Assembly (NCBI GenBank): GCA_021822385.1
Contig: JAKARC010000002.1
Coordinates: 36,352-100,351, forward strand
Direction: 5' to 3'
DNA: 64,000 nucleotides
Source: Pseudomonadota bacterium
GTDB lineage: Bacteria > Pseudomonadota > Gammaproteobacteria > Steroidobacterales > Steroidobacteraceae
Under the pieces are notes generated by a model. That model did not search any database. It saw nothing but the letters and a program-made list of their open reading frames with translations, and had not been told where the DNA came from. The translations under genes and the position numbers were made by a program. This document shows, piece by piece, positions 8,615 through 16,952 of this stretch; within the stretch, counting starts at the first letter, position 1; each line of letters starts with the position of its first letter.

Positions 8615-9128
8615 CTTTGTCCCTCGTGCGGTCAAGGCGCCGCCGCCTCATTATTGCACCACCGGCCGATGGCTCATAACCCGGAAGCATCTGCCCGACC
8701 ATACGTCCTCGAGCGCGGTTCGACGCTGACTCAGCATGAACCGCACGATCGGGGCCGCTGGCAAAGCATGGGGCGCTGAGATCCACGATCGGACCCGCCG
8801 GAAAGCGGGAGCCGCTGCGCACGCACCGTCGCCACGGCGACTGTGGTCTGATCAGCCCATGGGAAATGCGGCGGCGGCCTGAGTGCGCCGACGGACTCGG
8901 CGTGCTCGGGATCGCCGTCGGTGGAGCCGCCTCGGCCACTGGCTGCTCGAGCTCCTGCCGGCCTTTGTTACGCTCATCGCGAGGCGATACCGCGCGTCTG
9001 CAATAGCCCCGGCCGGCACGACAGCAGATAGCTGCAACGCATCGAGGACCCCGTCCAGACCTGCGACCGCGGACGCATGTGCGCCGGACCACCCGAGATC
9101 GAAGGCATCGCTCTGCGACACAGCGCGC

Positions 9129-10487
9129 TCAGAGACGCGTACAGGTCTTGTTGAGCGCTGCCCAGTGCGCCGCCCGTTCTTCGGTCAGGGCCCCTTCGGG
9201 CACCCGCCAGCGCCAATTGCGCCAGCTGTGCGTGCCGGGGGTATTCAGCCGCGCCTCGGAACCGAGGCCGAGCAGGTCCTGCAGCGGAATGACCGCGAGT
9301 GGCGCGGCCGACTCGAGCACCACGCGCACGATCGACTCGGGCACTGACTGCGACGTGAGCCCGAGCATCCGATCCACGTATTGCCGGGTCGCAGTCTCCA
9401 GAGTCTCGTACCAGCCGAGCGTCGTGTCATTGTCGTGCGTGCCGGTGTACGCCACGCAATCGGCACCGTAGTGTTGCGGCAGATGAGGATTGTCCGGCGA
9501 GCCGTCGAAGGCGAACTGCAGCACGCGCATGCCCGGCAGCGAAAATGCCTGGCGCAACGCGGTGACATCCGGGGTGATGACCCCGAGATCCTCGGCCACG
9601 ATCGGCAGCGCGCCCCATTCCTGCCGCAGTCGCTCGAGCAGATCACGTCCCGGACTCGCGCACCAGCGACCCCCGCGCGCATCGGGCGCACCGGCCGGCA
9701 CCGCCCAATGCGCGACGAACGCACGGAAATGATCCACGCGCAGCAGATCAACGCGTTCGAACTGCGCCCGCACTCGCGCGCGCCAGAATGTAAACCCGTC
9801 CCGCTGCATCGCCGGCCAGTCGTACAGCGGATTGCCCCAGACCTGGCCGCCGGCGCTGAAATAGTCCGGCGGCACCCCGGCCACGGCCGCCGGCTGGCCC
9901 TGCGCGGTCAACTGAAACTGTTCCCGATCCGTCCACGTCTCCGCCGACATCGGCCCGATGTAAAACGGCAGGTCACCAAAGAGCCTCACCCCTCGCGCAT
10001 GCGCATAGGCCCGCAGCCGCCGCCACTGCACGAAGAAGGCGAGCTGCTCGGTGCGTACCTGCTCGATTCGGGCACTGCGCTCGGTGCGCAGCTGTTGCAG
10101 CGCCTGCGCCGAACGATCGCGCAGCGGTGCCGGCCAGTTCCACCAGGGCGCCCCCGCACACGCCTCGCTCGCCGCTTCGAACAAGGCGTAATCCTCGAGC
10201 CAATGACCGCAGGATTCGAGGAATGCCGCCTGATCGGCCGCATCGCCCGGAGGCTCGGCCGGGTCGAGCAGTGCCGCAGAGCCGGCGAAATCCGAGCGTG
10301 CAAAATAGGGTGAGCGGTCCGCACCGGTCGGTCCGAGCGGCAGGAACTGCCAGACCGTAAAGCCCGCCGCGGCCAACCAGTCGATAAAAGCACGCCCGCC
10401 GCGACCGAGCGGCCATTGCAGTGAGGCGAGGTGCGCCAGGACTCCGGCGCGGCGCCGATCGAGCACGGCTAATCGTTCGACACCCAC
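9129..10487 (-). CDS. malQ: 4-alpha-glucanotransferase (amylomaltase)
   Basis: It carries GH77 family segments (RRRAGVLAHLASL, FLPLGPTGADRSPYFARSDFAG, GTHDNDT). I place the start at GTG 10487, which has an AGAGG SD 6 nt upstream. The longer ORF to 10682 would overlap cysB by 166 nt. Confidence 0.85.
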   Translation of the reverse strand: MGVERLAVLDRRRAGVLAHLASLQWPLGRGGRAFIDWLAAAGFTVWQFLPLGPTGADRSPYFARSDFAGSAALLDPAEPPGDAADQAAFLESCGHWLEDYALFEAASEACAGAPWWNWPAPLRDRSAQALQQLRTERSARIEQVRTEQLAFFVQWRRLRAYAHARGVRLFGDLPFYIGPMSAETWTDREQFQLTAQGQPAAVAGVPPDYFSAGGQVWGNPLYDWPAMQRDGFTFWRARVRAQFERVDLLRVDHFRAFVAHWAVPAGAPDARGGRWCASPGRDLLERLRQEWGALPIVAEDLGVITPDVTALRQAFSLPGMRVLQFAFDGSPDNPHLPQHYGADCVAYTGTHDNDTTLGWYETLETATRQYVDRMLGLTSQSVPESIVRVVLESAAPLAVIPLQDLLGLGSEARLNTPGTHSWRNWRWRVPEGALTEERAAHWAALNKTCTRL

Positions 10488-10516
10488 GGTGACCTCTGCG
10501 GCAGCGCGCAAGCTGC

Positions 10517-11488
10517 TCAACGCTGCGGTAAGGGAAGGTCGGCGAAAAGCGCCGCCGCCTCGGCGGGACTTGCTGCCCGATGCGCTCGCTCGATCAGCCG
10601 CCGCTCCAGATGCGGCGCGAGCAACTGCGCGAACTCGTACATGTAGCGGCGCAGCAGTGCCCCTCGACGGAACCCGATCCACGTGGTGTGCGCCGGCAGC
10701 AGGTGCGCCGCTTCGAGTACCGCCAGATCGTCGGCACCCTCGGCGACGGCCATCGGTGCGACGATGCCCACGCCAAGACCCAAGCGCACATAGGTGACGA
10801 TCACGTCTGCGTCCTGCGCGGTGATGGCGACGTTCGGAGTGTATCCGGCCTGCGCGAATGCTTCATTCAGCGAGGAGGAGCCGCTGAAGCTGAACGTATA
10901 CGTGATCAGCGGGTGGGCCGCGAGCGCCCGCAGGGTCAACCGCTCCAGGCGCGCCAGTGGGTGGGCCCGCGGCACGATCACGACGCGGCTCCAGCGGTAA
11001 CATGGCAGCAGCGTCAAGGCCGCAAAGCGCTGCTCCGATCCCGTTGCGATCACGCAGTCGATCCGATCCTGCGCCACCATCTCGGCGATCTGCTCGGAAG
11101 TCCCCTGATGCAGATTCAGCCGCACGTTCGGGTAGCGCGCGCGAAATGCCTGAATCACCGCCGGCAGCACGTAGCGCGCCTGTGTGTGCGTGGTGCCGAT
11201 CGACAGACTCCCGCGTCCCTCGTCGCGCAGTTCCGTCGAAAGCGCGCGAATGCTCTGCACCTGCTGCAGCACCTCGAGTGCCCGGTCGATCACCTCCTGG
11301 CCGGCCGGCGTGATGCGTGTGAGCGTGCGACCCTCGCGCAGAAAGATCTGAAACCCGAGCTCGTCCTCGAGCAGCTTGATCTGCTTGCTCACCCCGGGCT
11401 GGGAAGTGTGCAACTTCTGGGCGGCAGCCGTGATATTGAGGCCGCTTTGCGCGATTGCCGCCAGGTAACGCAGCTGGTGCAGTTTCAT
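10517..11488 (-). CDS. cysB: LysR-family regulator of the CysB/Cbl type
   Basis: 323 aa from MKLHQLRYLAAIAQSGLNITAAAQKLHTSQPGVSKQIKLLEDELGFQIF, which is close to the CysB N-terminus. It is divergent from cysH. Confidence 0.85.
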   Translation of the reverse strand: MKLHQLRYLAAIAQSGLNITAAAQKLHTSQPGVSKQIKLLEDELGFQIFLREGRTLTRITPAGQEVIDRALEVLQQVQSIRALSTELRDEGRGSLSIGTTHTQARYVLPAVIQAFRARYPNVRLNLHQGTSEQIAEMVAQDRIDCVIATGSEQRFAALTLLPCYRWSRVVIVPRAHPLARLERLTLRALAAHPLITYTFSFSGSSSLNEAFAQAGYTPNVAITAQDADVIVTYVRLGLGVGIVAPMAVAEGADDLAVLEAAHLLPAHTTWIGFRRGALLRRYMYEFAQLLAPHLERRLIERAHRAASPAEAAALFADLPLPQR

Positions 11489-11576
11489 GGCCCAAGCGTA
11501 GCGCAATGGCCCGGCAGCATCCATAACCGCTCCGCAGCGCCTCAGAAGCAATCATTCGTTCTGTACCGCAGCGGCC

Positions 11577-12317
11577 GTGACTATAGTCGCACCCATGACG
11601 GCCGATGCGTTGCACCCCCCGATCGAGCACAAGGCGCAAATCGTCCGTGAGCGCCTCGCCGCTGCACAGCGCGAGTATCCACGATTGGTGTATGCCAACA
11701 GCCTCGGCGCCGAAGCGATCGTGCTCACCGACATCATCTGGACCCACTTGCCTGATATCGATATCTTCAGTATCGACACCGGGCGCCTGCATCAGGAAAC
11801 GTATGATTTAATCGAGAAGCTGCAGTGGCGCTACCGACGCGCGCTGCGCCTCGTGCACCCGGATGCAGCAGCGCTCGAGCGGCTCACCGCCGCCCAGGGC
11901 GTCAACGGCTTCTATCACAGCCTGGATGCGCGCCTGGAGTGCTGCCGCGTGCGCAAGGTAGAACCATTTCGCCGCGCCATTGCCGGTTACGATGCCTGGG
12001 TGACCGGAGTGCGCCGCGAGCAATCCGCGACGCGCGCACGCGCCGTACCACTCGAATGGGATGCCGATCACGGACTGTACAAGGTCAGTCCGCTGCTCGA
12101 CTGGAGCGAGACGGAGATCTGGCAGTACATCCGCACCCGCAAGCTCCCGTACAATGCGCTGCACGACCGCCAGTTTCCAAGCGTAGGCTGCGTGCCGTGC
12201 ACGCGTGCCATTCAGCCCGGCGAAAGCCGGCGCGCCGGCCGCTGGTGGTGGGAGCAACCCGAGTCTCGCGAATGCGGCCTACATCCCCGAGCGCGTCCGG
12301 CCACGGCTCAAGCCTGA
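11577..12317 (+). CDS. cysH: assimilatory adenylylsulfate (APS)/PAPS reductase, Fe-S cluster type
   Basis: It has the CysH fold plus the cysteine pairs ECCRVRKVEP and SVGCVPCT and the catalytic ECGLH. The alternative start is ATG 11595. Confidence 0.9.
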   Translation: MTIVAPMTADALHPPIEHKAQIVRERLAAAQREYPRLVYANSLGAEAIVLTDIIWTHLPDIDIFSIDTGRLHQETYDLIEKLQWRYRRALRLVHPDAAALERLTAAQGVNGFYHSLDARLECCRVRKVEPFRRAIAGYDAWVTGVRREQSATRARAVPLEWDADHGLYKVSPLLDWSETEIWQYIRTRKLPYNALHDRQFPSVGCVPCTRAIQPGESRRAGRWWWEQPESRECGLHPRARPATAQA

Positions 12318-13780
12318 ACGCCCCGCCCCGAAGCCTGGACCATCTGCCGATCTTCCTGCGGCTGCGCGACTCGGCAGTGGCCGTGGTTGGCGGTGGTCAC
12401 GTCGCGGAACGTAAGATCGAGTGGCTGCTGCGGGCGGGTGCGCGGGTCACCGTCATTGCGCCAAGCCTGTGCAGCGAGCTCACGGCCCGCGCCGCCCAGG
12501 GCCAAATCAGCCATCGCGCCGAACGGTTTACGGCAGCCCATCTCGACGGCATGCAACTCGTCATCGCCGCGACGGACTGTCGCGAAATCAATGCTGCGGT
12601 TTCGACCGCCGCGCGCGCCCGCGCGCTACCTATCAACGTGGTCGATGACGCCGAACTCTCCTCCTTCTATTTTCCGGCCATCATCGATCGGGCTCCGCTC
12701 GTGGTCGCGGTCGGCTCGCAGGGCAAAGCGCCCGTGCTCGCCCGCTGGGTGCGGGCGCAAATCGAGGCGTTGTTACCGGCGCGATTGGGGCATCTTGCGC
12801 GCTTCATCGGCGCACGGCGCGGGCGCGTGCGCCAAACGCTCCCGGCACCGGCCCGGGCCGCATTCTGGGATCGCATCGTGCGCGGCACGACGGCCACGCG
12901 TGTGTTGCACGGCGACGTGCGCGGGGCGGAGCAGGAGTTCGCGCACGAACTCCGCACAACGAGCTTGTCCGCATCGGACCCCCGGGGCGGGGCGCGCCTT
13001 GGCGAGGTCTATCTGATCGGTGCCGGACCCGGCGACCCGGACCTGCTGACCTTGCGCGCGCTGCAATTGCTGCAACAGGCCGATGTTATTCTGTACGATC
13101 GCCTGGTGACCGAGGCGGTATTGGAACGTTCGCGCCGCGATGCCCGCCGCATTTTCGTCGGCAAGGGACGCGAGCTCGGCGGTCCGGGCGCCGCACAGCA
13201 GCGGATCCATGCGCTCATGGTCGACTTGGCCCGTTCCGGCCTGCGAGTGGCCCGACTGAAAGGTGGCGATCCGTTCGTGTTCGGACGCGGTGGGGAAGAG
13301 GTGCAGTTTCTCGCCGAACATGGCATTCCCTACCTCATCGTACCCGGCATCACCGCCGCGCTCGGCGCGGCGGCCGCCGGTGCCATTCCCCTTACGCAGC
13401 GTAACATGGCGCAAAGCCTGACCCTGGTCACCGGTCATGCACTCGACGATGACACGATCGACTGGCACGCGCTTGCCCACGCCCACCAGACCGTGGTGTT
13501 CTACATGGGGGTGGCGCATCTGGAAGGAATCTGCGCGCGGCTGCATGCCGCCGGTGCGAGTCCGTCCCTGCCGGCGGCGCTGATCGAGCGCGCCACGTTG
13601 CCGCAACAGCGCATCGTGCGCGGAACGCTCAGCAGCATTGCCACGCTCGGTCGCGAGGCGCGCATCTGCGCGCCGGCGCTGCTCGTGGTCGGCGCGGTCG
13701 CCGCCCTCGGCGCCGGGGCGCCGGCGACGCTTGCCAGCGCCCCCGTACTCTTCTCTGCGGAGGATGCCAATGAACAATGA
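12272..13780 (+). CDS. cysG: siroheme synthase (uroporphyrinogen-III methyltransferase / precorrin-2 dehydrogenase / ferrochelatase)
   Basis: LDHLPIFLRLRDSAVAVVGGGHVAERK matches the E. coli CysG N-terminus MDHLPIF. The C-terminal SUMT domain is present (VYLIGAGPGDPDLLTLRA). The start is ambiguous: ATG 12272, CTG 12314 or CTG 12335. Confidence 0.85.
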   Translation: MRPTSPSASGHGSSLNAPPRSLDHLPIFLRLRDSAVAVVGGGHVAERKIEWLLRAGARVTVIAPSLCSELTARAAQGQISHRAERFTAAHLDGMQLVIAATDCREINAAVSTAARARALPINVVDDAELSSFYFPAIIDRAPLVVAVGSQGKAPVLARWVRAQIEALLPARLGHLARFIGARRGRVRQTLPAPARAAFWDRIVRGTTATRVLHGDVRGAEQEFAHELRTTSLSASDPRGGARLGEVYLIGAGPGDPDLLTLRALQLLQQADVILYDRLVTEAVLERSRRDARRIFVGKGRELGGPGAAQQRIHALMVDLARSGLRVARLKGGDPFVFGRGGEEVQFLAEHGIPYLIVPGITAALGAAAAGAIPLTQRNMAQSLTLVTGHALDDDTIDWHALAHAHQTVVFYMGVAHLEGICARLHAAGASPSLPAALIERATLPQQRIVRGTLSSIATLGREARICAPALLVVGAVAALGAGAPATLASAPVLFSAEDANEQ

Positions 13781-14801
13781 CGATGGGTTTGTCGCAACGG
13801 TCGGCCACACGCCGCTCATCCGCCTGCGGCGGATCAGCGAACAGACCGGCTGCGCGGTGTTCGGCAAAGCGGAATTCCTCAACCCCGGCGGGTCGGTCAA
13901 AGACCGTGCGGCCCGCGCCATCGTGCTCGCCGCCGAACGCAGCGGCGCACTCGGGGCGGGCGGCACCGTGGTTGAGGGCACCGCCGGCAATACCGGCATC
14001 GGCCTCGCGCATGTCTGCAATGCCCGCGGCTACCGTTGCATCATCGTGATGCCGGACAATCAATCCTCGGAGAAGTATCAACTGCTCGCCGCCCTCGGCG
14101 CCGAGGTGCACAAGGTGCCCGCGGTCCCGTACAGCAATCCCAACCAGTACCAGAAGGTGGCCGAACGCCTTGCCCGTCGGCTGCCAAATGCAATCTGGGC
14201 CAACCAGTTCGACAACACCGCCAACCGGCAGGCGCACATCGAGACCACCGGACCGGAGATCTGGCAGCAGACCGGCGGGCGGATCGATGCTTTCACCTGT
14301 GCCACCGGCACCGGCGGTACTTTTGCCGGCATCGCCCATTTCCTCAAGTCCCAGCGCGCCGACGTGCGTTGTGTACTCGCCGACCCTCCGGGCAGCAGCC
14401 TGTACGAGTATGTGCGCAGCGGTACGCTGCAGGCCACCGGGACCGGCTCGATCACCGAGGGCATCGGCATCGGCCGCATCACCGCCAACCTGCGCGATGC
14501 GCCCATCGACGCCGCGGTGCATATCGAGGATAGCGACACCGTGCGCCACGTTTATCGGTTGCTCCACGAAGAAGGGTTGTTCCTCGGCAGCACGAGCGGC
14601 CTCAATGTAGCCGCGGCCGAACAGCTCGCGCGCGAGCTCGGGCCCGGCCACACGGTGGTGACGGTGCTGTGCGATGGCGGCGCGAAATATCAGTCGCGGC
14701 TGTTCAACCGCGCGTGGCTCGAGCAGAAGGGACTCGCGCAGTACGCGTGCACGGGCCGGGGCGCCGAGCCCATCGACGTGCGCAGCGCCATGATCGGTTG
14801 A
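13764..14801 (+). CDS. PLP-dependent cysteine synthase family enzyme (CysK/CysM/CBS-like)
   Basis: Contains GHTPLIRL, the PLP-lysine motif NPGGSVKDRAA, and EGTAGNTGIGLA. ATG 13764 (or 13770) overlaps the end of cysG (TGA at 13778-13780). Confidence 0.85.
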   Translation: MPMNNDDGFVATVGHTPLIRLRRISEQTGCAVFGKAEFLNPGGSVKDRAARAIVLAAERSGALGAGGTVVEGTAGNTGIGLAHVCNARGYRCIIVMPDNQSSEKYQLLAALGAEVHKVPAVPYSNPNQYQKVAERLARRLPNAIWANQFDNTANRQAHIETTGPEIWQQTGGRIDAFTCATGTGGTFAGIAHFLKSQRADVRCVLADPPGSSLYEYVRSGTLQATGTGSITEGIGIGRITANLRDAPIDAAVHIEDSDTVRHVYRLLHEEGLFLGSTSGLNVAAAEQLARELGPGHTVVTVLCDGGAKYQSRLFNRAWLEQKGLAQYACTGRGAEPIDVRSAMIG

Positions 14802-14829
14802 ACCCGCCTCGACACATCGGCCGGAGCGC

Positions 14830-16212
14830 TCAGGGGCGGGCCAGAATCTCGCGCACGAAGCGGATGCGCTCGCGCAGCTGATAAAGCTGTTCGGCGTGCG
14901 AGCCGGGAATTCGACGCAGAATCACCGCCCGTTCGATGGCGTGCAGTCGATCAAGCAAGGCCAGGCGCCGCTCCGGAGTCAGCGGCTGCAACGATGCGCG
15001 CTCGAGCGCCATCAACTCGGCATAGCGCCGATGAATGCGACTTCTGACCCGCCAGCTGTACAGCTGCGGCAGATACAGCAATCCTGGAATGAGTACAACG
15101 ATGACCGGCACCATCACCACGGCGAGGCGCTTGCACAGGCTGGCCAGCCAGAACGGCAGATAGCGATACAGGAAACTCCTGTCGCCGGTCTTGTAATAAC
15201 GTGCTGCCGCCCGATCGAGCGGATAGCGATAAGTCGCCGTATTCGGAAACACGCGCGCAGCATGCAGTACGTTGGCCTGGCCGTAAATCCGCTCGGCGGC
15301 TTGAATGATGAGATCGCACAACGCCGGGCGCAGATTGGCGTGTGCGAGCAGCTCGACCGCCGGCGCGAGCAGCGTGATCCTATGCCGCGGCTCGTCGCGT
15401 GCCAGATCGAAGGTGCCGGCCGGAATACTCACTTTGTGCAGATAGGGAAAGCGGCGCACATAGGCATTGGCCTGCGTGAACGCGAACAGGCGGATGCCGG
15501 GCGTATGCAGCATCTTGACGATGACCGACGGCGGGGTGGAATCTCCGGTGAGGAAGATCGCCTGCACCCGGCCGGCAAGCAACGCCGCGCGGGCCGCCGC
15601 ACCTTCCAGACCGAGCAGGCGGGTGGCACGGCCACCGACAATGCCGTTGGCCTTCAGCAGCGTTACCGCCAATGCGCGCGTGCCGCTGCCGGGCTTGCCG
15701 ATCGCGATGCGCTCGCCGCGCAGTTCGGCCAGGCGCTGCAGGCGCGGGCCACGATAGAAAATGGCAAGCGGCTCGTAGAACATGCTGCCGAGGGATACCA
15801 GGCGCTCGGCGCGCCGCCGCGCCGAGCGGTGCCCGCCCGGCAGGCTCGTCGCGGACTGCACCAGTGCCAGCGCGACGCCGGCATGCGGCGTATGCAGCCG
15901 CTCGAGATTCTGCAGCGAGCCCTGGGAGGGGAGGACGTGCAGCGTGATGCCGCTGCGGGCCAGAATAACCTTGAAGCGATCAGCGTCGATGGCGAACGTA
16001 CTGCCCGGTGGCCCGGCGCTCATTGTCAGGGTGCGCGGTGGCCCGGGCTGGGTAAAATGCACCGCCAGCCAAATTGCAATGCCGCTCACGATCAAAATGG
16101 GCACGAGCGCATCCGCCAGATCCGCCCAGGAGATCGTAATAATCTTCACGGCCAGGCCGTGCGCGGCCGTCTCAGGCCGTTTCGAATCGCTGACTTGCCG
16201 GTCCGGTTCCAT
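14830..16212 (-). CDS. membrane-anchored TAXI/NMT1-like solute-binding-domain protein (orphan; no TRAP permease adjacent)
   Basis: 460 aa. TM1 (ALVPILIVSGIAIWLAVHF) is followed by a ~300-aa periplasmic-binding-type domain, TM2 (LAVVMVPVIVVLIPGLLYL) and a ~75-aa Arg-rich C-terminal tail. The family assignment is from memory of similar proteins annotated as TAXI-family. Confidence 0.5.
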   Translation of the reverse strand: MEPDRQVSDSKRPETAAHGLAVKIITISWADLADALVPILIVSGIAIWLAVHFTQPGPPRTLTMSAGPPGSTFAIDADRFKVILARSGITLHVLPSQGSLQNLERLHTPHAGVALALVQSATSLPGGHRSARRRAERLVSLGSMFYEPLAIFYRGPRLQRLAELRGERIAIGKPGSGTRALAVTLLKANGIVGGRATRLLGLEGAAARAALLAGRVQAIFLTGDSTPPSVIVKMLHTPGIRLFAFTQANAYVRRFPYLHKVSIPAGTFDLARDEPRHRITLLAPAVELLAHANLRPALCDLIIQAAERIYGQANVLHAARVFPNTATYRYPLDRAAARYYKTGDRSFLYRYLPFWLASLCKRLAVVMVPVIVVLIPGLLYLPQLYSWRVRSRIHRRYAELMALERASLQPLTPERRLALLDRLHAIERAVILRRIPGSHAEQLYQLRERIRFVREILARP

Positions 16213-16301
16213 GCTGCGGCAAGTTTATCAAAGCCACACCGCCACGCCTGCCTGTTGCTGTCGTATACTGCTACGCCTGATTCCCTTCGGAGGTCCCGTA
16301 C

Positions 16302-16904
16302 ATGGCCAAAGTCCTCGTCCTGTATTATTCCGCATACGGCCACGTCGAACGCATGGCGGAGGCCGTCGCCGCCGGCGCCGCCGCGGTGGCCGGCACCACG
16401 GTCAACCGCAAGCGCGTGCCGGAGCTCGTTCCCGCCGAGATCGCCCACAAGTCGGGCATGAAAACCGAGCAGCAGGCCCCGATTGCCCGAGTGGATGAGC
16501 TGGCTGATTATGATGCCATCATCTTCGGCACCCCAACCCGCTTTGGTAACATGGCCGCACAGATGCGCAATTTCCTCGACCAAACCGGAGCACTGTGGGC
16601 CAAGGGCGCGCTGGTCGGCAAGATCGGCAGCGTGTTTGTTTCAACGGCAAGTCAGCATGGCGGTCAGGAGACCACCATCACGAGCTTTCATACTACTCTG
16701 TTGCATCACGGGATGATCATCGTCGGTCTGCCGTACGCGTTTGCCGGATTGACGCGCCTCGATGAGGTCAGCGGCGGGTCGCCGTACGGGGCAAGCACGC
16801 TCGCAGCGGGCGACGGCTCGCGCCAGCCGAGCGAGAACGAACTCGCTGGCGCGCGCTTCCAGGGGCGTCACGTCGCCGAAATCGCCGCCCGCCTCGCGCG
16901 CTGA
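16302..16904 (+). CDS. wrbA: NAD(P)H:quinone oxidoreductase, flavodoxin-like
   Basis: 200 aa. [23 protein letters not shown] is a typical WrbA N-terminus. Confidence 0.9.
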   Translation: MAKVLVLYYSAYGHVERMAEAVAAGAAAVAGTTVNRKRVPELVPAEIAHKSGMKTEQQAPIARVDELADYDAIIFGTPTRFGNMAAQMRNFLDQTGALWAKGALVGKIGSVFVSTASQHGGQETTITSFHTTLLHHGMIIVGLPYAFAGLTRLDEVSGGSPYGASTLAAGDGSRQPSENELAGARFQGRHVAEIAARLAR

Positions 16905-16952
16905 GCGGTTACGAAACTGCACGGGGCCGATCAGCCGGCGCTCGCGCGGCGC

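Noticed and set aside
8715-8744. A T-loop-like GGTTCGA within a 7-bp inverted repeat (GCGGTTC-N16-GAACCGC), considered as a tRNA fragment.
   Set aside because: No acceptor, D or anticodon stems can be built around it. I found no tRNA, rRNA, tmRNA, RNase P or SRP RNA signatures anywhere in the intergenic regions I inspected.
8397-9092. A 231-aa minus-strand ORF spanning the gap downstream of malQ.
   Set aside because: It overlaps the MaoC gene out of frame and is Arg/Pro/Gly-rich with no motif. It is probably a GC-driven spurious ORF.
10488-10682. The longer malQ ORF start at 10682.
   Set aside because: It would overlap the 3' end of cysB by 166 nt and add an Arg/Ala/Ser-rich non-conserved N-terminus. 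GTG 10487 has an AGAGG SD and sits ~10 codons before the conserved GH77 N-terminal motif.
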